Shown here: piece after piece, positions 25,049 through 36,721 of the stretch | Position numbering within the stretch: position 1 is the stretch's first letter | How the letters are laid out: each line of letters opens with the position of its first letter | Assembly (NCBI GenBank): GCA_051362555.1 | Contig: CM120647.1 | Coordinates: forward strand, 20,312,651-20,376,650 | From: Lingula anatina | Lineage: Eukaryota; Animalia; Brachiopoda | Direction: 5' to 3' | Length of the DNA stretch: 64,000 nt | The notes under the pieces: generated by a model | The model's database searches: none | Seen by the model: only the letters and a program-made list of their open reading frames with translations | What the model was told of the DNA's origin: nothing | Translations under genes and position numbers: made by a program

Positions 25049-25893
25049 GATAGCTTTGTAATCAGTAGGAGCTAGTGAGATGTCACAATAGTGCACAGTG
25101 TATAGAAAGGCCCATTACCTATATGACTGTTACAGCTTCAGGGGGCCAATTATGTCTTTGACAATGACTATTGCTGAGTAGCACTCTTTTATATAGCTAC
25201 ACTAGAGAACTGCTCAACCACCTATTTTCATGCATATACTTGCGTAAGTCCAAGCCTCCAGATTTAAAGTTCTTAGAAAATGTCACTTGCCTTTCATGAT
25301 CTATACCAGTGATGCCTACCACTACTTTCCAGAAACATTCATGAACATGTCTGCAAGACCTTAAAACTCAGGCATCTACATTTCTCACAATATTAGACAC
25401 CAATGTGAGAGACTCTTTTCTTTTGTATGTCAGGTGTTACCTCGACCTTGACCTCAAGTCACGTACATTGCAAACTTATCAGTATGAAGAAAATATATCA
25501 ACCTAATTGGTCCAAGATGACTATGGTAATTGTCTTAAACTAACTACAATGCAGTTTTAAACCCTTAATGTCCACGTGTAGAATTTTCCTCACATTACAT
25601 TTTTCTTCTGTCAAGGAATTTCATTTGCCAATGAAAAGCTGCCAAAGCATATTTCAAAAACGCAGCCAAAACTGATTAAGCGTCATTAAATTAATAAGTT
25701 ACCGTTACCGAGTAATTGATAAAGTCGACTAATATTTTGACCAAAAAAAAAAAAAAAAAAAAAAAGAAAATGAAAATGTAAATATGTCCTTCCTGTGACA
25801 TCTATAACTGATTATATTTGGTATTTGGTCAAGATAATGGAAATATTTTTGACAGGTTTATTTTCCCGGAAGAAAACCTCTCCAATCTCTCAG

Positions 25894-25960
25894 TTATTTA
25901 GTTGTTGGTGTAAGGGTTGCCGTGTGTCCATCCCAACAGTGACCCCCGGTCTGGTCACAC
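25894..25960 (-). pseudogene. Orphan duplicate of the terminal exon of gene A (unit 2)
   Basis: Intact acceptor and frame: CDQTGGHCWDGHTATLTPTTK*. Confidence 0.8.
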
Positions 25961-26270
25961 CTAACGCAATAAGAACAATTATAAATTAGTTCTAACACAG
26001 CTGTCACAACTAACACAATAAGAACAAGATATAAATTAGTTCTAACACAACTGTTACACCTAACACAATGCTAACACTACATAAATGAGTTCTAACACAG
26101 CTGTCACACTAAACACAATGAATACAAGATATAAATGAGTTCTAACACAGCTGTCACACCTAATACAATGGAAACAAGATATAAATGAGTTCTTACACAG
26201 CTGTCACACCTAATACAATGGAAACAAGATATAAATGAGTTCTTACACAGCTGTCACACCTAACACAGTG
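25955..26270. repeat. ~50-bp minisatellite (also ~12007-12125, ~31060-31325, ~36783-37000)
   Basis: Unit approximately acacagctgtcacacctaacacaatgaaaacaagatataaatgagttcta; ctgtcacac recurs at 26101, 26151, 26201, 26251. Copy number differs between duplication units. Confidence 0.9.
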
Positions 26271-26628
26271 GAACCAGTTCTAAATTCTCTGCAGGGCTGG
26301 AAAAACATCACCTGTTGTGCTTGAGATGGATTTCATTCCAAACAAGAGGTCCCTATTTTGCCGGTGATATTTCACTCCTAGAAATTATCTCAGACATAGC
26401 ATATTCTCTGTTTTGCCAAATAATTTGACATTTTTACAGGTCAAGTATTAACTAGCTAGATTTAGTTGTTAATGTTGCCAGGAACTTATTGTATGTTATG
26501 GAAATGGAACTTATGTAGAATTTTTTTATTTTCATAAAAATGCATTTGGTGAATTTTAAGAATATCCTGATTCACTGCCAACTCTGACAATTTAAAAAAA
26601 TTTAGGAGAAAAAACTGGTATCAAGATA

Positions 26629-26850
26629 CACACATTGGACAATAGAGGTGTCACCCCTACTGAACCAATACTTTGGAGGAGATAAATGACTGTGGAATGA
26701 TATGCTCCTGGTATCATTTTATAAACATCAAATTTCACAAAAAGACCAACAATACGGTTTTATACTCATTAGTCACATTATAAGTAGACCAGGCATTATA
26801 ACTTTGATTACTCTGATTCAGGGGGTGACACTTCTATTGTCCAGTGTGTG
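26629..26850. mobile_element. Tc1/mariner-like MITE (unit 3)
   Basis: TIR CACACATTGGACAATAGAGGTGTCACCCC...GGGGTGACACTTCTATTGTCCAGTGTGTG flanked by TA on both sides; absent from units 1 and 2. Confidence 0.8.
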
Positions 26851-27495
26851 TAAATAGTTTTTGTCCAGTCAATCCTTTCAATGTTTTATAGAAAAAGCAT
26901 ACAATGTGTACTGAGCAGAGAAAGATGACGTCGATTTTATTGAGATGAATTTGAAAAAGATTAGTGTAAGTGGACGAAAATTAAATATGTGAAAATAAAT
27001 TCATTCTTTTGAAGACCTTTGCTTATTGTATTGCGAGGAATTCAAAACTTTGTGTTAATGTTTTGTTCATTTGTATATTTTATGTTTGGCAAACACTATA
27101 CTTTATTAGGGCAATAGACCAAAACATCATTTAATTAGGCAACTAGGATAAGTGAAAGTTGTTAACTATGGAAAAAATTCTTTGAACACATTTCCGTTTG
27201 ACGATCAAGACAACGCGTTTTTAACGTGTGTGTTTCAAGAATTTAAATTCTAGATCAAGCAGAGTTGCCTATTCGGTGTATGAGTATGGAAGTGAATGGA
27301 CAACTATTTTCCTCGAGATTTATTTTATTATTGCTATTCTCCAACGAAGTTTTTCACATCATAGGTCATTTATTTGATAAATATTTGATTCATTAAAACT
27401 TAAATCTACGTTGCAGTTTTTGAAGAGTTGGATTTCATTCGTATCCACTCAGTGCTGTTGATTCAGAAGTAATTTTTGGCGTGTTCCATCTCATC

Positions 27496-27558
27496 TTAGA
27501 CCTTCGGACGAGCAGCGTAAGCCCCTACAAATTAAAAAAGTGGTTAGGTTAAAATGAG

Positions 27559-27596
<38 letters not shown>

Positions 27597-29272
27597 TTAA
27601 AATACGGTTATTTAAAGTCAAGGCGAAAAACAAACATTGTACTTTTTTCAAAACACCTACAAATCTTTACCACACGCAAACATTCTCAACAACCCTTGGT
27701 TTCCCACACCGGACACAGATGTTACACAACCAAATTTTGTTTCAATAACACAATAAACAGCAAAAACTTTGGCTTTGAAGTATCCCTGAACAGATGGCCA
27801 TGGACTTACCATATCTATCGCAGTCTGGATGCTTTGTGTACACACCAGCATCAGCTTTGTCACGAGCGCACGCTGGAATCAGAAGATAAAAACTGCGGTC
27901 AGTCACATGAAGCAACAACACGACGTTATGTTGACGTCTGAGCAACGTCAAAGCGGTGAATGACGGCACAATGACGTCATATTCCTTTTGGACAGATTAA
28001 CCTACGATACTTTAGGAAATAAAGGTTACCTAAAAGATATATCGCACATCGGCCTACTCTCAATTTTAGGGCTGGGCGAAGCCACCAAGGAAAAGTAATC
28101 GCAATGAAACTAATTGTTTGTGACAGTTTATACTTAAGCCAAGCCAGAGGAATGCAGGTCTCGTAAAGCAACAAGCCTCGCTCGAGATTACGAACATGTA
28201 GTCAACCGACTTTACGATCTTATCTCAAAATATTAACGGTTCAGTTATAAAACATTAATGCATATACTCACAGCAGTCGTGAGGGACCCATCTATCTTTC
28301 GTATCATAGTCCTCCAGTTCAACCCCACATTCGTCTGCACAATAACTCCTGGAACGATACAAAACTAGATTACCCCACTGCCCGAGGACTGGCCATAATT
28401 TGCCGCCCTCTGTTTCACTGTACTTTTCTAGACTAGGGTAGCAGATTATTTTACTAAACTGTGTTAAGAGAGCAGGGTGTGTGCATGTACGTGTGTGAGT
28501 GCGTGTACTTGCGTGTGTGTTTGCGTGTATGTGTATTTGTGAGTTTGTATACACAGTGTATGTGTCCGTTTGTACCTGTATTCGAGCCCTTGTGCGTGTA
28601 TTTACCCCACCTTCAATAATTGCTAACCGCGCTCAAGTCTCTATCTCAGCATTTTCTCAATCTATCGCGCCGCTCGGTCGTCATGGTATTCCTACTACAG
28701 CAACTCGGCGTGACTGTCGCTCCGCCACCAACACCAATCAATTAATGAACCGAGCAAATAATTTCTGCCTCTCCTACCATATTAACAACTATAAATAATA
28801 TTACGCGTGAAAATCTCTCAACTCACCCAGCCCCAATGTACTGCTTCTTGTCAAACGTGCCCTCGGGGGTACAGATTGGCCTTTCCCGGCCAGCCAAAGG
28901 AGGTGAAGCGTCAAAATCTGCTTCCTCCTCCTTGCACGTTTTGGGACACTGTCCTGCAAACGATTTAAAAATGCACAAAAATTAAAAAAGCGATTACTCA
29001 CTATCAAAAAGCGCCGAAGTCAATGCTGCAGCATGCGGGCATCATGGCTAACTCGTGTTTGCACGTGTTTATAGTGTGTGAAAATTCGCCTAAAACCCAT
29101 AAAGCCATGGACAGATATTGCCTTGAAGAACAAAAGTATTTCTTCGCAATTTTGAATTTCTTTGCTGAAACTTCAAATATATTTTTGTACAGTTTTGGTT
29201 GCACAAGTATGCTCTTGCTATACCTGCATATACAGCACCAACCACACAAATGGCGACAACTAAAAACTTCAT
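27496..29272 (-). CDS. Secreted thyropin-like protein, copy 3, 114 aa
   Basis: Exons 29272-29224, 28953-28827, 28348-28272, 27872-27810, 27524-27496. MKFLVVAICVVGAVYA-GQCPKTCKEEEADFDASPPLAGRERPICTPEGTFDKKQYIGAGSYCADECGVELEDYDTKDRWVPHDCSCARDKADAGVYTKHPDCDRYGAYAARPKV*. Confidence 0.88.
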
Positions 29273-30490
29273 CTTCAACCAGGTATTCTACCAAAGTGGG
29301 TACTTGTCTCCTTTCTGACGGCTGTCAATGTAACTGGTTCTCTATTCTATGTCCCGCTATATAAACTGTACACGTGTTCCTTTAATGGGGCACGGCATAA
29401 AATTATTTGGAGATTACCCGTTTAAGCCACTGAAAACCGATATATTACTCTCAATCAAGCGTATAATAGCCCCTAATGTAGTAGTCTAATGAAGTGATTA
29501 GGAAATACCGACGCACCCGGGACTTCACTCCTAAAGTATTTTGCCAGACGGAGAAATTAATAGAGAGCCCCTCTACAACATAATTACAATTTACATAAAG
29601 TGATGAATCCAATTGAATATAATAACAGATAAAACGGGAAAATGCTGAGCATTAATTCGAATGATGTTATATCTAACTTTCATCATTTAAAATTCAAGCT
29701 TTCATTCGTTTCTAATGAGATAATATCTATATAATTTCGTGGTCATACGGTAATTCACGCCCAATACGTTTATCGAGGGTATCTTTAATTCGGACATTAA
29801 AAACCGAAACAGTACTGTAATTTGATCGACATTAGTTCCAACCCTATTTGATTTCTTTAGTAGCCCTTGAATCATCGAATCTATATCTATGGTAATATTT
29901 CCCTTTTTTTTTTTTTTTTTTTTTGAAAGCTTGTTTTTCTCGTAAAGCGTCTAGCTTCAGCTGGTTCGCATCGCGGCATTTATCTTTTTTTAAAACCTCA
30001 GTTCCTTCAATCAATAAAATAATCAATTAGGAAATCGGGACATTTACAATAAGAAGGTTAAACCTTTTTGCCCCATCCCCCTTTGCCCAGGGGTGTCATT
30101 CTAGATCCGCGGACCCCTGTTTTTGTATCATGGCGGTGGTGAAATATAAAGCAGATGAGGACAATTTTATCTCCACCTGCGGATGCTCTTGTCTATTCCG
30201 GTCCATACTGGGACTCAGTTACAAATTCATAAGTTTATATAAAGGTAAGCTCGATGAAAAGTTCAGGAGCAAAAAAAGGTGCCATCCCATTAAAAAAAGG
30301 AACAACCCAGTCACGTGAGTGAAGCATACATTTTATTTATAAAATATATATGCAAAATCTAGACTTGTCCTATGATATGTTCTGTTTTATACTGTAATGT
30401 ACACCAACATGGAAATAAATCAACAGTAATTGAAAAGAGATAAAAAACAGTTAAAAAACATGTGCCATAACCCGTGGACAAGCTGTAAGA

Positions 30491-30539
<49 letters not shown>

Positions 30540-30998
30540 AAAGAAATACTGACACCGTTTCTGCAGATTTTATTCAAGATAATGAAAAATCTGTATCCAC
30601 GTACACTGCAAACATATCAGTATGAAGAAAATATATCAACCTAATTGGCCCAAGATGACTATGGTAACTGTATTAAACTAACTGCAATGCATCTCTAAAG
30701 CTTTCCTGCCCACGTGTAGAATTTTCCTCACATTACAATTTTCTTTTGTCACGGAATTTCATTTGCTAGTGAAAAGATGTCAAAAACGCAGCTAAAGCTA
30801 ATTAAGCGTCATAAAATTAATAAGTTACAGTTACTGAGTAACTGATTAAGTCGACTACTATTTTGACAAATAACAAATGAAAATATCAATAATTCCTCCC
30901 TGTGCCATCTATAACTGATTATATTTGGTATTTGGTCAAGATAATGGAAATATTTTTTATAGGTTTACTTTCCCGCAGGAAAACTTCTGCAATCTCTG

Positions 30999-31065
30999 TT
31001 ATTTAGTTGTTGGTGTAAGGGTTGCCGTGTGTCCATCCCAACAGTGACCCCTGGTCTGGTCACAC
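30999..31065 (-). pseudogene. Orphan duplicate of the terminal exon of gene A (unit 3)
   Basis: Intact acceptor and frame: CDQTRGHCWDGHTATLTPTTK*. Confidence 0.8.
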
Positions 31066-31683
31066 CTAACGCAATAAGAACAATTATAAATGAGTTCTAA
31101 CACAGCTGTCACAACTAACACAATAAGAACAAGATATAAATTAGGTCTAACACAGCTGTCACACCTAACACAATGATAACACTATGTAAATAAGTTCTAA
31201 CACAGCTGTCACACCTAACACAATGAAAACAAGATATAAATGAGTTCTAACACAGCTGTAACACCTTATACAATGGAAACAAGATATAAATGAGTTCTTA
31301 CACAGCTGTCACACCTAACACAGTGGAACCAGTTTAGAAATTCTCTGCAGGGCTGGAAAAACATCACCTGTTGTGTTTGAAATGGATTTCATTCCAAACA
31401 AGAGGTCCCTATTTTGCCGGTGATATTTCACTCCTAGAAATTATTTCGGACATAGAATATTCTCTGTTTTGCCAAATAAATTGACAGTTTTACAGGTCAA
31501 GTAATATCTAGCTAGATTTAGTTGTTAATGTTGCCAGGAACTTATAGTATGTTATGGAAATGGAACTTATGTAGAATTTTTTTATTTTCATAAAAATGAA
31601 TTTGGTGAATTTTAAGAATATCCTGATTCACTGCCAACTCTGACAATTAAAAAAAATTAGAAGAAAAAACTGGTATCAAGATA

Positions 31684-31910
31684 CACACATTGGACAATAG
31701 AAGCGTCACCCCTACTGAACCAATACTTTGGAGGAGAAAAATGACTGTGGAATGATATGCTCCTTGTATCATTTTATAAACATCAAATTTCACAAAAAGA
31801 CCAACAATACGGTTCCATGGTACAGCGGGTTTATACTCATTAGTCACATTATAAGTAGACCAGGCATTATAACTTTGATTACTCTCATTTAGGGGGTGAC
31901 ACTTCTTGTC
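31684..31910. mobile_element. Tc1/mariner-like MITE (unit 4, same site as in unit 3, right end eroded)
   Basis: TA|CACACATTGGACAATAGAAGCGTCACCCC...GGGGTGACACTTCT; same flanks as 26629-26850. Confidence 0.75.
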
Positions 31911-32566
31911 AAAGTTTTTGTCCTTTCAATGTTTTATAGAAAAAGTATACAATGTGTACTGATCAGAGAGAGATGACGTCGATTTTATTGAGATGAATTT
32001 GAAAAAGGTTAATGTAAGTGGACGAAAATTTAAAATATATAAATTATAATATAAATTTATAATGTGAAAAAATTTTTATTCTTTTGAAGACCTTTGCTTA
32101 TTGTATTGCGAGGAATTCAAAACTTTGTGTTAATGTTTTGTTCATTTGTATATTTTATGTTTGGCAAACACTATACTTTATTGGGGCAATAGACCTAAAC
32201 ATCATTTAATTAGGCAACTAGGATAAGTAAAATTTGTTTACTATGGAAAAATCTTTGAACACATTTCTGTTTGACGATCAACACAATGCGTTTTTAACGC
32301 GTGTCTCAAGAAGTTAAATTCTAGATCAAGCAGAGTTGCCTATTCGATGTAAGAGTATGAAAGTGAATGGACAACTATTTTACTCGAGATTCATTTTATT
32401 ATTGCTATTCTCCAACGAAGTTTTTCACATCATAGGTCATTTATTTGATAAATATTTGATTCATTAAAACTTAAATCTAAGCAGCAGTTTTTGAAGAATT
32501 GGATCTCATTCGTTTCCACTGAGTTCTATTGATTCAGAAGTAATTTTTGGCGTGTTCCATCTCATT

Positions 32567-34314
32567 TTAGACCTTCGGACGAGCAGCGTAAGCCCCTACA
32601 AATTAAAAAAGTGGTTAAAATTAGCTTGAGAGAGAGAGAGAGAGAGATTTAAAATACGGTTATTTAAAGTCAAGGCGAAAAACAACATTGTACTTTTTTT
32701 TCAAAACACCTACAGATTTTTACCACACGCAAACATTCTCAACAACCCTTGGTTTCACACACCGGACACAGATGTTACACTACCAAATTTTGTTTCAATA
32801 ACACAATAAACAGCAAAAACTTTGGCTTTGAAGTATCCCTGAACAGATGGTCATGGACTTACCATATCTATCGCAGTCTGGATGCTTTGTGTACACACCA
32901 GCATCGGCTTTGTCACGAGCGCACGCTGGAATCAGAAGATAAAAACTGCGGTCAGTCACATGAAGCAACAACACGACGTTAAGTTGACGTCTGAGCAACG
33001 CCAAAGCGGTGAATGACGTCACAATGACGTCATGTTTCTTTTGGACAGATTAACCTACGATACTTTGGGAAATAAAGATTTTCTAAAAGAAATGTCGCAC
33101 ATCGGCCTACTCTAAATTTTAGGGCTGGGCGAAGCCACCAAGGAATAGTAATTGCAATGAAACTAATCGTTGGTGAAAGTTTAACCTTAAGCCAAGACAG
33201 AGGAATGCAGGTCCCGTAAAGCAACAAGCCCCGCTCGAGATTACGAACATGTCGTCAACCGACTTTACGATCTTATTTAAAAATATTAACGGTTCAGTTA
33301 TAAAACATAAACGCATATACTCACAGCAGTCGTGAGGGAGCCATCTATCTTTCGATTCATAGTCCGCCAGTTCAACCCCACATTCGTCTACACAATAACT
33401 CCTGGAACGATACAAAGCTAGATTACACCACTGCCCGGGAACTTGCCATACTTTGCCGCCCACTGTTTTACTGTACTTTTTTTGACAAGGATGTCAGATT
33501 ATTTTACTAAACTGTGTTAAGAGAACAGGGTGTGTGCATGCACGTGTGTGAGTGCGTGTACTTGCGTGTGTTTGCGTGCATGGGTATTTGTGAGTTTGTA
33601 TACGCAGTATATATGTGTCCGTTTTTACCTGTAATCGAGCCCTTGTGCATGTATTTACCCCACCTTCAATAATTGCTAACCGCGCTCAAGTCTCTATCTC
33701 AGCATTTTCTCAATCTATTGCGCCGCTCGGTCGTCAAGGTGTTCATGCTCCAACAACTGGGGGTGACTGTCTCTCCGCCACCAACACCAAACAATTAATG
33801 AACCAAGCAAATAATTTCTGCCTCTCCTACCATATTAACAACTATAAATAATATTAGGCGTGAAAATCTCTCAACTCACCCAGCCCCAAGGTACTGCTTC
33901 TTGTCAAACGTGCCCTCAGGGGTACAGATTGGCCGTTCCATGCCAGGCTTTTTAGGTGAAGCGTCAAATTCTGCCTCTTTCTCCTTACACGTTTTGGGGC
34001 ACTGTCCTGCAAACGATTTAAAATACACAAAATTCTAAAAATAAAAAAAGTACCGATGTCGATGTGACTGCAGAATGGGAACTTGTGTTTTCAGGTGTTT
34101 ATAGTGTGTGAAAATTCGACCAAAAAACTAATAAAGCCATGGACAGATATTGCTTTGAAGAACAAAAATATTTCTTCGCAATTGTGAATTTTTTTGGCTA
34201 AAACTTCAAAAAAATTTTTTTCCTTTTTTTTAATTTTCGGTAGTACAAGTATGCTCTTACTATACCTGCGCACACAGCACCAACCACGCAAATGACGACA
34301 ACTAAGAACTTCAT
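32567..34314 (-). CDS. Secreted thyropin-like protein, copy 4, 114 aa
   Basis: Exons 34314-34266, 34006-33880, 33401-33325, 32925-32863, 32595-32567. MKFLVVVICVVGAVCA-GQCPKTCKEKEAEFDASPKKPGMERPICTPEGTFDKKQYLGAGSYCVDECGVELADYESKDRWLPHDCSCARDKADAGVYTKHPDCDRYGAYAARPKV*. Confidence 0.88.
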
Positions 34315-35175
34315 GTTCAACCAGGTATTCTACCAACGTGGGTACTTGTCTCCTTTCTGACGGCTGTCAATGTAACTGGCTCTCTATTCTATGTCCCGCT
34401 ATATAAACTGTACACGTGTTCCTTTAATGGGGCAAGGCATAAAATTATTTGGAGATTACCCGTTTAAGCCACTGAATACCGGTATATTACTCTCAATCAA
34501 GCGTATAATAGCCCCAAATGTAGTAGTCTAATGAAGTGACTAGGAAATACCGACGCACCCGGGACCTCTTTCTTAAAGTATTTTGCCATACGGAGAAACT
34601 AATAGAGAGCCCCTCTACAACATAATTACAATTGACATAAAGTGATGAATCCAATTGAATATAATAACAGTTAAAACGGGAAAATGCTGAGCATTAATTC
34701 GAATGATGTTATATCTAACTTTCATCATTTAAAATTCAAGCTTTCATTCGTTTCTAATGAGATAATATACATATAATTTCGTGGTCATACGGCAATTCAC
34801 GCCCAATACGTTTATCGAGGGTATCTTTAATTCGGACATTAAAAACCGAAACAGCACTGTAATTTCACCGACATTAGTTCCTTCCCTATTTGAATCCTCT
34901 AGTTACCCTTGAATCATCGAGTGTATATAATGACACTATTTCCTCCATTTTTTCTTGAAAGCTTGTTTTTCCATTGAAGCGTGCCCAGCTTCAGTCGGTT
35001 CGCATCGCGGCATTTATCTTTTTTTAATCCCCAGTTCATTAAATCTGTAAAATAAACAATGAGGATTTCAACTCACGAAATCGGGACATTTACAATGGAG
35101 AAGGTTCAACCTTTCCGCCCCCTCCCCCTTTGCCCAGGGGTGTCATTCTAACTCCGAAGACCCCTGGGTTTGTAT

Positions 35176-35810
35176 TGTTGTAAAGTTAATTACTTACCCT
35201 TACACTCATTACAATTAGTAATAAAAGGGAAATCAAATAGATGAAAAGTTAGAGTGATATTGAGTGCAAATTAAGCTTCATCGAGTGTCAACAAGTGTAG
35301 AACATGTTTTTAGTGTCAGAAGAAGATGGAAAAGGTCCAAGTCAATAACATTTAATGTGATTGGTCAATTTCATAACAGATTTTAATTTTGATCAACTGT
35401 TTATCACATGATAACTAAGTTTTGGACATGATTCACGTATGAGTAATGCAAATAGTATTTTGGATGAGTTTAGTTGAAAACAAGGTTCTTAGACATTACC
35501 TAATAAGGGAATGCTCTATGGTAAAGTAAACATAACAATGGAAATTTTCTGGAAATCACGCCATAAACAATAAAAAGAACATAATTACACGCGTGATCAG
35601 TACGGAAAATTAGAGTATAAATATGGGTAAAATTGTATGAAAATTAAGTGGTGAATAAATGATTGAAGACTCCAGAACCTCGTCGACGTTATAATAAATG
35701 GTGGAGGAAGAAACCGGTCCCGACTCTACCGATGCAAAGTGAACAACCAGAGAATTGGAGTCCTCCAGCAGCAAACACCAGAAAAGCTGTACAGAAGAAA
35801 CGGTGGTGGC
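35176..35810. mobile_element. Unit-4-specific ~0.63 kb insertion of unclassified origin
   Basis: Other units read tttgtat-catggcggtgg directly; unit 4 has extra sequence beginning TGTTGTAA at this point. No clear TIR, TSD or closing CA was found. Confidence 0.5.
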
Positions 35811-36008
35811 GATGGAAGGTGGGAGGTGAAACAGATGAGGACAATTTATACCTCCACCTGCGGACGCTCTTGTTGGCTCCACTCGGGCGCTCAGTTTCAA
35901 ATTTTTAAGTGTATATTCAGCTAATGACGATGACAAATTCAAGAGCAAAATGGGGCCATTCCATTAAAAAAGAACAACCCAGTCACGTGAGTGACGCACA
36001 CATTTTAT

Positions 36009-36012
<4 letters not shown>

Positions 36013-36078
<66 letters not shown>
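36013..36078. repeat. (TA)n microsatellite
   Basis: About 33 perfect TA units; much shorter at the equivalent sites in units 1-3. Confidence 0.9.
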
Positions 36079-36080
<2 letters not shown>

Positions 36081-36721
36081 CAAGACTTGCCCTATTATAG
36101 TATGTGTACTGTATTATACTATATAGTGTTCACCAATAAGGAAATAAATCAACAGTAATTGGAAAAAACAGTTAAAGAAATAACATTTCACAAAATGTGT
36201 GCCATAACCCGTGGACAAGCTGTAAGAAGCAAAAAAAGAAAAAAAAAAGGATAAATGAAAAATGAAAGAAACCCTGACACAGTTTTTGCAGATTTTATTC
36301 AAGATAATGAAAAATCTGTTTTCCACGTACACTGCAAACCTGAAGAAGAAAATACAACAACCTAATTGGTCCAAGATGACTATGGTAACTGTATTAAACT
36401 AACTGCAATGCAGTTCTAAATCCTTCATGTCCACGTGTAGAATTTTCCTCACATTACATTCTTCTTCTGTCACGGAATTTCATTTGCTAGTGAAAAGATG
36501 TCAAAAACGCAGCTAAAGCTAATTAAGCGTCATAAAATTAATAAGTTACAGTTACTGAGTAACTGATTAAGTCGACTACTATTTTGACAAATAACAAATG
36601 GAAATATCAATAATTCCTCCCTGTGCCATCTATAACTGATTATATTTGGTCTTTGGTCAAGATATTGGAAATATTTTTGACAGGTTTATTTTCCCGGAAG
36701 AAAACCTCTCCAATCTCTCTG

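Larger units (their letters stand above)
19117..25459 (-). mobile_element. Full-length L1/Tx1-clade non-LTR retrotransposon (~6.3 kb)
   Basis: Two intact ORFs, AATAAA running into a poly(A) tail (T-run to ~19151), perfect 18-bp TSD CACGTACATTGCAAACTT (19099-19116 and 25460-25477). Empty site visible in the other units (e.g. ~11574). Confidence 0.95.

Noticed and set aside
25955-26270. Regularly spaced repeats resembling a CRISPR array
   Set aside because: The whole 50-bp unit repeats with no unique spacers, the context is eukaryotic and there are no cas genes; it is a minisatellite.
35176-35810. Solo LTR interpretation of the unit 4 insertion
   Set aside because: Starts with TGT but no terminal CA or TSD could be identified, so it is left unclassified.
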